From a virus (lineage: Duplodnaviria > Caudoviricetes), in the IMG/VR virus record IMGVR_UViG_3300037195_001092, positions 1-38,552 of that record: a DNA stretch of 38,552 nt, one strand, 5' to 3'. Below are positions 11,014 to 19,659 of this stretch, in pieces (the first letter of the stretch is position 1; every line of letters starts with the position of its first letter). The notes beneath the pieces are model-generated. The model was not told the DNA's origin. It did no database searches and saw only the letters and a list, made by a program, of their open reading frames with translations. Position numbers and translations under genes: made by a program.

Positions 11014-11642
11014 TAGTACGCATTTTCTTGTGTCACACTGGCACTGAAAGGCCTCCAGGAATCAATATTGGTGTAACGGGACTGCAACCATAGATCTGCT
11101 TCAATCTTCTGCGGTGTTCCTTCTGCCGCATCCGCACTCCTGGACTCCGAAAGCACTTCCCGATATTTATCCATCAAAGCGTTCTTCAACTCGGTCTTGC
11201 CTGTGATGTCCTGGGCAATTTCCGTTGCCAATCTCAATGCAATGGCCTGGACCAGCATCGAATCGAATTTTGCAGTATCCGTAACTTTTTCGATATAAAG
11301 GATATAAAGCGTAGAGGCATCGGTGACAATGTTGTCTCCTTCAATCTTGAAAGAATACGAATTGTCTCCTGACGTGTTTTCTGCAACCGAAATCAGTCTC
11401 AACATCTCGGCTGGTTTCGGATACGCATAGTCATACCCCCAGACAGGGGCTGTGGCTGAAGCAGTCAATTGAGCCCGTTTCAGCGCACAGTTCCATATAT
11501 GACTCCGAAGGACGAGATCCCGTACATCATCAAACCGATTGTCGCAAGCCCTGGCACGTTGATTTGCATCAGTCCGTGCCGTGATGGGCTTCTCGCCTAA
11601 ATTCGATAAGGCGATGTTACAGATATCGACTTCAGAAGCCAT
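11013..11642 (-). CDS. Tail tubular protein A / adaptor (T7 gp11-like)
   Basis: SEVDICNIAL..LGE..I, LRSH.WNCA.KR..L, P.WGY.Y.Y..P...LR motifs. Confidence 0.92.
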   Translation of the reverse strand: MASEVDICNIALSNLGEKPITARTDANQRARACDNRFDDVRDLVLRSHIWNCALKRAQLTASATAPVWGYDYAYPKPAEMLRLISVAENTSGDNSYSFKIEGDNIVTDASTLYILYIEKVTDTAKFDSMLVQAIALRLATEIAQDITGKTELKNALMDKYREVLSESRSADAAEGTPQKIEADLWLQSRYTNIDSWRPFSASVTQENAY

Positions 11643-11785
11643 CAGGATTTCTTCTTAGATTTTGAAGCCTTTATAGGCTTTTTCCAAGAAGTCCATCCTT
11701 GTGCCAATAAATCATGCCATTCCTTTGTTTTAGGAATAACACTTTTGGATTCATTGTTATCACTATAAAGAATTACTTCACTCAT
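11642..11785 (-). CDS. Small basic hypothetical protein (47 aa, MSEVILYSDNNESK...KSKKKS), not in the ORF track
   Basis: Translated by hand. Its TGA overlaps the ATG of tubular A, and it fills the intergenic gap. Confidence 0.7.
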   Translation of the reverse strand: MSEVILYSDNNESKSVIPKTKEWHDLLAQGWTSWKKPIKASKSKKKS

Positions 11786-11801
11786 AGTATTTTTATGATG
11801 A

Positions 11802-11820
11802 AGGGGGCACAAAGCCCCCT
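11802..11820 (-). terminator. GC hairpin after the capsid/cement genes (terminator or mRNA-stabilising stem)
   Basis: AGGGGGC-ACAAA-GCCCCCT, a perfect 7-bp stem 8 nt past the stop at 11829; weak U-tract. Confidence 0.55.
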
Positions 11821-11828
11821 ATTAACAA

Positions 11829-12320
11829 TCAATCAACTGAGTAAAACACACACAGATTAATTGTTTTACTTGCCGCTAAAGTAGCTGTAGCAGTAGTAAT
11901 GATAATGTCGGTTGCGGCAGTATACTCATACCCGAAACCGTCAATACCTGTTCCACTAACTCCACCAAGCAAAGTTACATTACCATCCGAAGCATGTGCT
12001 TTCGGATGCATGTAATGCACTTTATTATCATCACCGCAAATAGATTCAGTGATAAATCTATTAGGGTCACTGGAATCTCCAACTTGCAAAGTCGCAGATG
12101 CATGAATGTCATCTGTAACCAATATAACTTGCCATACCCTTGCGCCTTTGGGCATACGGGCCATAGCTATTGTAGATCCAGCACCTTCGTTGCCATCAGT
12201 TTCATACGTATCATACTGGACACGCATTCGGCCTCCGTGTTCTGCAACATCTGCCATTTCTTTAGGCGAGTTCTGATCGAACAGCGTAAAGTTTGCTCCA
12301 TAATTTGTGGTAGCAGCCAT
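11829..12320 (-). CDS. Capsid cement/decoration-like protein (BPP-1 Bbp16-like position)
   Basis: 163-aa beta-rich protein directly after the MCP, with an MPKGARV...LQVGD..DPNRF motif. Confidence 0.65.
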   Translation of the reverse strand: MAATTNYGANFTLFDQNSPKEMADVAEHGGRMRVQYDTYETDGNEGAGSTIAMARMPKGARVWQVILVTDDIHASATLQVGDSSDPNRFITESICGDDNKVHYMHPKAHASDGNVTLLGGVSGTGIDGFGYEYTAATDIIITTATATLAASKTINLCVFYSVD

Positions 12321-12340
12321 AATTCAATCCGTATTAGAGG

Positions 12341-13294
12341 TTAAGAGCGTACGCCCTGTTTGCAGTTAATTTGAACTACTCGTTCTTCCTCTAAACGGGT
12401 TGCACCAAGTGTCATCCTATAATAGATGTACTGGCTGAACCGTTTGTCTGGTCGTTCAGTAATTCGAGCGACAATATCTTCCCAGATACACAGACCTACA
12501 CCCCGTCTATGAAATGCCAGGATTTTGTCACAAGTAATGCTGTTATCCGTCTCAGTCCCTAGTCTTTCGGTACGGATAATATTGAATCCCATGTACTGAT
12601 TCAGATCACCAGCAACCAATGCACGGATTTGGTTATAGTCGGCTGAATTGACTTTCGTGGAAGTCAGCAACCATCCCAACTGTTGTGCATTAACAACAAG
12701 GAAAAGATTGGAGTTGCCGTTGATATCATAATCATCGGCATCTGCGGCTCCGAGAATTTTACGAGCATGAATCAGCTTTCCTACTGTAAGGGGCTGATCA
12801 TTTCCTACTGTTTCCCCATCCACTGCAAAATCATTGGTTTCAGGAGAAATGACTTGGGATGCACTTCCGAATGCCGCAAGAGTCGCATAACTAGATCCAC
12901 CAGCTTTGCCATAGGTTGATGTTCCTGTGACTGCCGCAATGATTTCATCATCCATTGCCCGTCCCATTGCCATAGCGGCATTGACGGAATAGGCAGATGC
13001 AGGATCAATCAAAGTCCGCAATCGGTCAGGATTGTCAATGAGATCACCCCAATCATAATCCACTGGCACGACTCTACGTCTGTCATGTGGAGTATCAATC
13101 TGCGGTGAATCCCCGTGACGGGATGTGACCTTCTGGGCATCGGTAGATGAGATTCGGTCCATATAGACTTCTTCACCCACCTTGCCAGCTTCCAGGGTTA
13201 CGGCTCCACGAAGCCTTGACCCCATCTGCTGTACGAGCAGTTGCACATTTGCGCTGTACTGCTTTACAAACGAAGTTGTAATTTGAGTAGACAT
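12341..13294 (-). CDS. Major capsid protein
   Basis: MSTQITTSFVKQYSANVQLLVQQMGSRLR, DTPHDRR, AMGRAMDDEII, SADYN..RALV.G....MGF and GATRLEE..VV motifs of the BPP-1-like MCP family. Confidence 0.95.
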   Translation of the reverse strand: MSTQITTSFVKQYSANVQLLVQQMGSRLRGAVTLEAGKVGEEVYMDRISSTDAQKVTSRHGDSPQIDTPHDRRRVVPVDYDWGDLIDNPDRLRTLIDPASAYSVNAAMAMGRAMDDEIIAAVTGTSTYGKAGGSSYATLAAFGSASQVISPETNDFAVDGETVGNDQPLTVGKLIHARKILGAADADDYDINGNSNLFLVVNAQQLGWLLTSTKVNSADYNQIRALVAGDLNQYMGFNIIRTERLGTETDNSITCDKILAFHRRGVGLCIWEDIVARITERPDKRFSQYIYYRMTLGATRLEEERVVQINCKQGVRS

Positions 13295-13298
13295 ATTA

Positions 13299-13401
13299 AT
13301 CCGTAATAAATTGTTAAAAAAATCAACAACATACGGATTGTCTACTATAGGTAGGTCCGCTACGTACTAGGTAGCAACAGGCCCCGAATCGGGGTTATCT
13401 G
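13299..13401 (-). promoter_or_regulatory. Structured RNA leader of the major capsid gene
   Basis: Four consecutive or competing hairpins fill the scaffold-MCP gap (see findings). Confidence 0.6.
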
Positions 13402-13402
13402 A

Positions 13403-14281
13403 TCAAGAAAGTGCGTTGTGTAATCGTTCCATTTCTTTGACTGCGGCTTCATGATGAGGACTTGCTCCATCAAGATACGCAGATCGGAATTCTGGATCAG
13501 CCATACGTGAGGCAATCGTCTCTTCTGCATGAACAGGAGACATACCTCCAATTGCACCCCTTGTTCCAGGCAGGATATTGTCTTCCGACAACACCTGACC
13601 TATCCTGGCAAACGTCTTTAAGACTTCAGGATGATTACTCAGCCCTGTTTCCTTCATCACATCCATCAACTCTTCGGATGCAAAGTTCTGGAATGCCCTG
13701 CGGGCCAGTTCTGAGTTCTTGTTGAAATCATCTCCCCATTCTTTTTGAATGTCCTGGAGATATTCAACATTCATCTGCTCGAACTGTTCATGCTCTTCAG
13801 CAAGATCGTTCTCATTGATCTGATTATAGATCCCAAGCATGGTTCTGGCCTGATCATTGGTGAGTCCCAACTGATGTGCAACATTCTTGAAATCTGCGAC
13901 ATCAGGAGATTGTTCACCATCTCCCAAATCAAAATCATACCCGTCTGCTTCTTCAGGTCTTCCTAAACGGTTATAGACCTGATTCCATCCGTCTTCATCA
14001 CCTTCTTTGGGAAGCTGAAGCATACGGTCTGGATCTGCCCCTATCATCTTTCGGGCATGGACGTAGGATTTTGCCAACTTGTCAACAGAGTCAAAGCTCT
14101 GAAGGGATGGCTCCCCTCCTAGTCCGTCAGGCAAACTGCCTGGATCGAAAGCCAAAGGGTTCTTTTCTGCCGTAGGCATCGATCCGTCCAAGATCGAACC
14201 ATTGGCAGAAGTGCCGGCCTGAGATCCTCCGTCAGTTAAGATCGAAGGACTGCTCTCGGTTGTCGGTGCTGATTCTTCCAT
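13403..14281 (-). CDS. Capsid scaffolding/assembly protein
   Basis: LAKSY...KMIG, YNRLGRPE..DGY, AH.LGLT..QA, EWG..F and GL.NHP...K.F motifs; acidic; lies between portal and MCP. Confidence 0.9.
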   Translation of the reverse strand: MEESAPTTESSPSILTDGGSQAGTSANGSILDGSMPTAEKNPLAFDPGSLPDGLGGEPSLQSFDSVDKLAKSYVHARKMIGADPDRMLQLPKEGDEDGWNQVYNRLGRPEEADGYDFDLGDGEQSPDVADFKNVAHQLGLTNDQARTMLGIYNQINENDLAEEHEQFEQMNVEYLQDIQKEWGDDFNKNSELARRAFQNFASEELMDVMKETGLSNHPEVLKTFARIGQVLSEDNILPGTRGAIGGMSPVHAEETIASRMADPEFRSAYLDGASPHHEAAVKEMERLHNALS

Positions 14282-14516
14282 AAATCTCTGCCTGTTCTTC
14301 CATTAACTCGTTCGGGGATTTTTGTAGATTGTGCATGATTGCCAATACTACTGCCCGTCTCCCCTCGTTAAACGACATCTCCAGAGGATCTGAAGATTGG
14401 GTCGTGTTAAAGACGTAATTGTGTCTCATAATATCATGGAGGACTTCCTGTCCTGCTTCTGAATTAAAAACCTCCTTGTATAAGGCTCTTCTGCGCTTTT
14501 CCTTATCAAAGATCAT
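14232..14516 (-). CDS. Bbp19-like small protein
   Basis: YKEVF.SEAG.EVL.D...FNEGRRAV...I motif; immediately downstream of the portal. Confidence 0.8.
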   Translation of the reverse strand: MIFDKEKRRRALYKEVFNSEAGQEVLHDIMRHNYVFNTTQSSDPLEMSFNEGRRAVVLAIMHNLQKSPNELMEEQAEIYGRISTDNREQSFDLN

Positions 14517-16207
14517 ATCGGCTCTCCTGCACTCAATAAGGTTGCTTCTGCGGAGGCTCTGTTCGATTGTGCCTTAGACAAAGTTTCTTCGGTTTGTGCC
14601 ATTGCCATTTGCTGTTGCAAGGCCTGCTGTTCCTGCATCATTTGCTGTTCCCGCATGATTTCCATCTGAAGTTCTTCTTCAGATTTCAACACGGATGGAG
14701 GAACCCTCAGTATTTCTGCACCCAACTCTGCCAGTTTGGAGGTGTTGAAACGTCTGATGACGTTAGGATCAATCTGGGCAAAGGGAACCATGAACTGCAT
14801 CAGTTGCGACACCGATTGAAGTTCTCCTGAACGCATTGCAATCGAAACAGGATTCTGGTATTCGAGTTTCATTTGCTGTTGCATAAGTGCTGGGGGAGGA
14901 GGTGGAAGAAGACCTCCTCGACTGAGGACGGACATGGTTCGCTCAATCATGGGCCCCAGCATTTCGATTTCCTGTCTCGAAACAATAGGCCCAAGAATCG
15001 ATAAACGGTCCCGTTGACGTGCCGCAATTTCGGTTGCCGTGAACCGCATCACATCTCCGTCTTCTGCCGTAGGTCCTGGAAGCTCCAACATATCCAAGTA
15101 GAATGCGGAGTTGATGGATTTACGGACCTGTCCCATTTTCATTTCTGCATAGTCAATCCGTTGCGGAGTCGGCATCGGCTGGATTCGGTCATCCTTGGTC
15201 ATTCCTGCACGGAAGTAGTTGATTCCTCCTGGTGTGGTTCTGATTGGTGATATAAACCCGTCATCGGGAACCATCAATGGAGGATCAACGGCTTTCTGAA
15301 GTGCTTTGAGGAAGGTCTTCTCCATCTCATTGAGCATCTTGATATCCGAAAGTGCTTCCATTCCAGGGCCACGTCCGTAGGTTTCCATGGAATTACGGTC
15401 CCATCTGGAACAGATGAAGGGCTGTTCATTGAATCCTCTGATGCTCAAGATCTTATTTTCCGATCTCAGCCAGAAAATGGAGATGTAGGGCATCTGAAAC
15501 GGATAGTTCAGATTGATGTGTTTTGAGGGTTTGATGACGTTGATGCACTCGAATCTCTTGAACGGACTGTTGTTTTCCAAACACTTCAGGACTGATTCAG
15601 GAAGATTCTCTCCTCCGTAAGCATCAAATAGTTCTTTTGCCGTATGCTCATAGAGGCGATAGAGGGTGTCTACACGGCCTAAATCGTTGATTGCAAGGTA
15701 GCAGTCGTATAGTGGAATTGTGAGGTAATACGGGCCTTCTCCTGGCCTGTCTAGGATCATCATGACCCCTGTGCCGAATGCTCCAAGATCCTGCATGTAT
15801 TCATGGATTGCAGGATGGAAGTTGGTGGAGGGTCGGTTGAAATTATCCTGAATATATAACTGTGCTTGTTCGAGCCACAGAGATATCTCCCGATCCTTTG
15901 CCGCTTCCCTGTTTTGGGTTGAAATAATAAACCAGGGGATTGTTGACGGAACGAGCATGTTATGAAGCCCTGAAGAAAAACGGGTCAGGGCCCGAACAGG
16001 GGTCGAATCAAAGATCCTGGAACGTCTGTTCTCTCCTTTGGCCCGATGGGTATTGAAATCAGCCCGTGCAGGGATGGTCAATTCCCCAATATCCTGCCAC
16101 ATGGTTTCCCAATTGTGGCGTTGATCCTGAAGGGCCCCGAACTCTGCTTTCAGATGTTCAATCAGCTTCTCTTCTAAAACCTTAATATCCGCTTGCGCCT
16201 CTGCCAC
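14513..16207 (-). CDS. Portal protein (head-tail connector, T7 gp8/Bbp21-like)
   Basis: IFDST, DLGAFGTG, RW.....TYGRGP...AL.D.K.LN, VDPPL and TATEI..R...L..LGP motifs. Confidence 0.95.
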   Translation of the reverse strand: MAEAQADIKVLEEKLIEHLKAEFGALQDQRHNWETMWQDIGELTIPARADFNTHRAKGENRRSRIFDSTPVRALTRFSSGLHNMLVPSTIPWFIISTQNREAAKDREISLWLEQAQLYIQDNFNRPSTNFHPAIHEYMQDLGAFGTGVMMILDRPGEGPYYLTIPLYDCYLAINDLGRVDTLYRLYEHTAKELFDAYGGENLPESVLKCLENNSPFKRFECINVIKPSKHINLNYPFQMPYISIFWLRSENKILSIRGFNEQPFICSRWDRNSMETYGRGPGMEALSDIKMLNEMEKTFLKALQKAVDPPLMVPDDGFISPIRTTPGGINYFRAGMTKDDRIQPMPTPQRIDYAEMKMGQVRKSINSAFYLDMLELPGPTAEDGDVMRFTATEIAARQRDRLSILGPIVSRQEIEMLGPMIERTMSVLSRGGLLPPPPPALMQQQMKLEYQNPVSIAMRSGELQSVSQLMQFMVPFAQIDPNVIRRFNTSKLAELGAEILRVPPSVLKSEEELQMEIMREQQMMQEQQALQQQMAMAQTEETLSKAQSNRASAEATLLSAGEPI

Positions 16208-16982
16208 TTGTTCTTATTGTCTGACGTTTACCAAATTTGTTTTTTAATGCCCGTCTTCGTCTTGCTCTTGTAGCCGCCAACCGTGCCGCTTCCTGCGGAT
16301 CTTCGTTGGTCAACTGCACCATTTGTTCATCAATTGGGTCTTCTTCTGGATCGCCTGTGTTCGGAGTCGTTGATGTCGGTTCATCTCCTGTGTCTGCACC
16401 TCCACCACCTTTTTTATCAAACTGACCCATGCCTAAACGGTTCTTGTACCATGCACCTCCACCCCATGCTTCGTTGAATTCTTCAATTTCATCTCTGACC
16501 CCAAACCGATCCTGCCAGTGATAGGGTTCCAGCCCTCGAACCCAGCCGCCACCCTGCCAGCCTTTGATGTCTTCCCAGCCTTTAGATAATTCCTCTCCCC
16601 ATTTACCCATTAAATCCTTCTGCCATGGTCCTGCACCGATTCGATCCAACCATCCACCACCTTCCCAATCTTTAATACTTCCTTTTAAACCAAATTGTCT
16701 TAAACCTGTTCGATCCAGCCAGTTACCTCCCTCCCAATCTCTGGAACTACCTTTTAAGTTTAAAGCTTTCATATTGGCTTTGATATTTGCTTCTATTCCT
16801 CTTGCTACTTTTCCAGGTTGTTTAAGGAATTCTTGTCCTGTGGTCGTATCCATCTGGATTCCAAATTTTTTGGTCCAGTTTCCACCTCCAAGACCTTCCT
16901 TCAGGTCTTCACCCAAACCTCCCAGGTCAAGACCGCCTCCAAGGTTAAAATCACCTAATTTAAGACCTCTATCAATACACAT
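16182..16982 (-). CDS. Trp/Gly-rich repeat protein, probable virion-associated protein
   Basis: Likely start MCIDRG at 16982, 2 nt after the upstream stop; W.GGG.W repeats; basic C-terminus; pre-portal position. Confidence 0.55.
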   Translation of the reverse strand: MCIDRGLKLGDFNLGGGLDLGGLGEDLKEGLGGGNWTKKFGIQMDTTTGQEFLKQPGKVARGIEANIKANMKALNLKGSSRDWEGGNWLDRTGLRQFGLKGSIKDWEGGGWLDRIGAGPWQKDLMGKWGEELSKGWEDIKGWQGGGWVRGLEPYHWQDRFGVRDEIEEFNEAWGGGAWYKNRLGMGQFDKKGGGGADTGDEPTSTTPNTGDPEEDPIDEQMVQLTNEDPQEAARLAATRARRRRALKNKFGKRQTIRTSGRGASGY

Positions 16983-16984
16983 GA

Positions 16985-17329
16985 TCAATCCTTGTAAAAT
17001 AAGTCCACGTTTTCTATTTTGCGGTATCCCAACCGTTCCATTAGAGGATAGTAGGGACTCTCCTTCCTGCATGGGATCACATAACTTTCAATCCCTCGGT
17101 CCTGTGCCATTGCATTCATGCAGATTCCAGCCAGCAACGAATCTCTGGAGTTGCATTCTTCATTGAGCCAAAACTGAAGACAGACGTTGTTGAATGAAAA
17201 TGCACCAACAATCTGGTTGTCTTTCAAAACGGCATGAGTCGGGTTACTAACCCCGTCATCTGCCTTTTTCATGGCATCAATCACCTGACTCAGCTTATTT
17301 TCTTCCCGTATAGGCTGAATATCGATCAT
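16985..17329 (-). CDS. Hypothetical protein, GNAT-like fold suspected
   Basis: PTH.V.KD.QIVGA.S and SPYY..MERLGY (a GNAT-type C-terminal ..LGF/Y); ATGA-coupled to the upstream gene. Confidence 0.55.
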   Translation of the reverse strand: MIDIQPIREENKLSQVIDAMKKADDGVSNPTHAVLKDNQIVGAFSFNNVCLQFWLNEECNSRDSLLAGICMNAMAQDRGIESYVIPCRKESPYYPLMERLGYRKIENVDLFYKD

Positions 17330-19659
17330 AAGTAAGATCCTGCTCCTGCTTTGGTCTTTCTATATTTTTTAGATTTCATGACAGGGTCCATCAGTCCTAA
17401 ACGCTGGTATTTCTTAACCCGTGCAGAAAGCTTGGCATAATCTGCCTGCAAGCTGTCATACGCAGACTTCGCAGAGGTATAAATCCCGACAAAGCCCTTG
17501 TCTTCTTCATCATCATCCTTGCCGAATAACTTCTCATAGGCCGACTTGGCTTCACCTTCTTCTTTCTCAAAAATTTCTTTTGCTGTTAAGAACTTACCAT
17601 GAGGTTCGGTGTAACCTGTCTCTGAAGTAATCACACCTGTTTTGGTTTCATGCTCTCCTGTCAGTGTCTCAACATCTTTTTCATATTCTGTTTCTGCACT
17701 GCCGACTATCCCTTCATCTGGGTTTCCTACAATTTTCTGATAAGCCTTTAGTAAAGCGGATGCCGCTTCTCCAGCACCCGTATCCAACTCTAATACTTTA
17801 GCTTGGTAATCGGTCCATGCTGTACCTTTTTGGGTAGGATCATCTTTAACTCCAACCACTTTTTGATATGCTTCCAACAAAGGATTTGAAGCTGTATCAT
17901 ATCCTGTTTCCAGAGCAGACGTTGTTCCTTCATAAGACGTTAATGCAGAGCCTTTAATAAACTCATCTTCAGGAGTATCAGGATCATCTTCACGTCCTAC
18001 GATTTTGTAATAATCGTCCAAGGCCGTTTTAAACTCACCGCCCATCGATGTCTGCAATGAAGTAAATGCTTTTCCGTAGATTCCCGATTCCTTCCCTGTC
18101 TCTGTCTCGACATAACCTCCTTCTCCATAGATGCTTTTAAAGACATCCGAATAAGAAGTATCCACTCCTCCTATTTTTTCCAGATAATCAGTATATTCTG
18201 GATTAAGGTACATTCCGTCTTTTACGTCTTCATCACCTGTCACTCTTCCTCCACCACGGCCTCCTCCTCGAATTGCGGAACGTGAAGGTTTGGAACCCTC
18301 AAAAGTATCCGTTGTCAGCTTGTTCCCACTGGGTCCGTAATACTCTCCTGTTAGATATCCGATGTCTTCTTCAATCTGCTTGACTCCTGTTGTGTCGTAC
18401 ATTTCGTTTAACTGATGAGACAGATAATGGGGAGCATAATTACTTGTAATATCTTCCCATTCGGTTTTTCTATTCCACCAATCTCCAGTAGTAACTTTTT
18501 TATAAATCCTATGATTTTCTGCCTTACGATCTTGCATACTGTATCCAAGAGCTTCCATTGCCCTAGATCCTAATCTTTGATAATCCTTGTACTTGTCATC
18601 AACCTCACCTTTCAGCCATTTGGATAAAACATCGTATCCCCACATAGCTTCACCATAAACTCCATACGGATCGGTAACATTACGCATATCCGTATCTGCC
18701 GCTTTGATGGTTCCTAATTGATTTCTAAGCACGGAACCTAATTGTTTAAGACTGCCTGCATCTCCTGACATACCCATGACATCAGCCCCGTAAGGACTAT
18801 AACGATCATGGATTCCACCCAATCTTTTTCCTGTTTCAGTTGTATCTCTAAAAGTGTCCTGAACGTCATGGATCTTGCCTCGCTTAAACTCATTCACATC
18901 TGTGGTTAAAGGATCATCAGCAACCCCGTAATGAGTCTCAAAAGCCGTTTTATCTTTCCCTTTTGCTGTTTCAGTAATGGCTTCGACTTTTCCGAGATAA
19001 TCCTGCTCCGCAAGTGCGAACTTCCCTGTTTTCAAATCATCTTCGGTTCCTGGAATCAGGTCCTCTCCGATTCCATAACTCTCTACAATGCCTTTTTGTG
19101 TGTCTCCCAATGTTGTCCCTGCGGTATCCAAAGTTCCCGTGTAAGTCGTAAAGGCTTCTCCGAATTTGCCTGTGGACGTTTCATCATCAGGATCACCAAA
19201 ATATTCCAGATCCAGGCCTTTCATGCCTGTGCTATAAGTGGTTTCTGCGGTATCTAATGCAGTGGTATAGGTGCTAAAAGCCTCACCATATTTGCCAGTA
19301 CCCTCTTCCGTAGATCCATACTCTGTCTTCAATTCACTTAAACCTGTCCCATAGGCGGTGTCCGCACCTGTCAGCTTTCCCTTATAGGCCGTTAATGCCT
19401 CACCAAGCTTTCCTCCTTCACCTGTCTCTCCGAAATATTCTGTATCCAATGCGGTTTCCGCATCGGTCTTGTACTGGACTGCCTCGCCTCCGTACTTATC
19501 CATGAACTCTTCAGCCGCCTCTGCCTCACCAAACTCTTTTGTGTAGGTTTTATAAGCAGAAGTGTAGCCAGCATAAGCCTGTCGGTAATCTCCTGTGACA
19601 CGGCTCAAACGCTTTCTCATGCGTTTGGCTTTGGATGCTAAGAAATCGTAGGTAGACAT
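17326..19659 (-). CDS. 777-aa acidic Tyr/Thr/Gly-rich repeat protein, function unknown
   Basis: Long ORF coupled to TerL (TGATG); two internal ~40-aa repeat arrays. Confidence 0.6.
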   Translation of the reverse strand: MSTYDFLASKAKRMRKRLSRVTGDYRQAYAGYTSAYKTYTKEFGEAEAAEEFMDKYGGEAVQYKTDAETALDTEYFGETGEGGKLGEALTAYKGKLTGADTAYGTGLSELKTEYGSTEEGTGKYGEAFSTYTTALDTAETTYSTGMKGLDLEYFGDPDDETSTGKFGEAFTTYTGTLDTAGTTLGDTQKGIVESYGIGEDLIPGTEDDLKTGKFALAEQDYLGKVEAITETAKGKDKTAFETHYGVADDPLTTDVNEFKRGKIHDVQDTFRDTTETGKRLGGIHDRYSPYGADVMGMSGDAGSLKQLGSVLRNQLGTIKAADTDMRNVTDPYGVYGEAMWGYDVLSKWLKGEVDDKYKDYQRLGSRAMEALGYSMQDRKAENHRIYKKVTTGDWWNRKTEWEDITSNYAPHYLSHQLNEMYDTTGVKQIEEDIGYLTGEYYGPSGNKLTTDTFEGSKPSRSAIRGGGRGGGRVTGDEDVKDGMYLNPEYTDYLEKIGGVDTSYSDVFKSIYGEGGYVETETGKESGIYGKAFTSLQTSMGGEFKTALDDYYKIVGREDDPDTPEDEFIKGSALTSYEGTTSALETGYDTASNPLLEAYQKVVGVKDDPTQKGTAWTDYQAKVLELDTGAGEAASALLKAYQKIVGNPDEGIVGSAETEYEKDVETLTGEHETKTGVITSETGYTEPHGKFLTAKEIFEKEEGEAKSAYEKLFGKDDDEEDKGFVGIYTSAKSAYDSLQADYAKLSARVKKYQRLGLMDPVMKSKKYRKTKAGAGSYL

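Noticed and set aside
16564-17166. 200-aa plus-strand ORF and many other antisense ORFs across the late arm
   Set aside because: Shadow frames of well-supported minus-strand genes; Pro/Ser-rich with no motifs.
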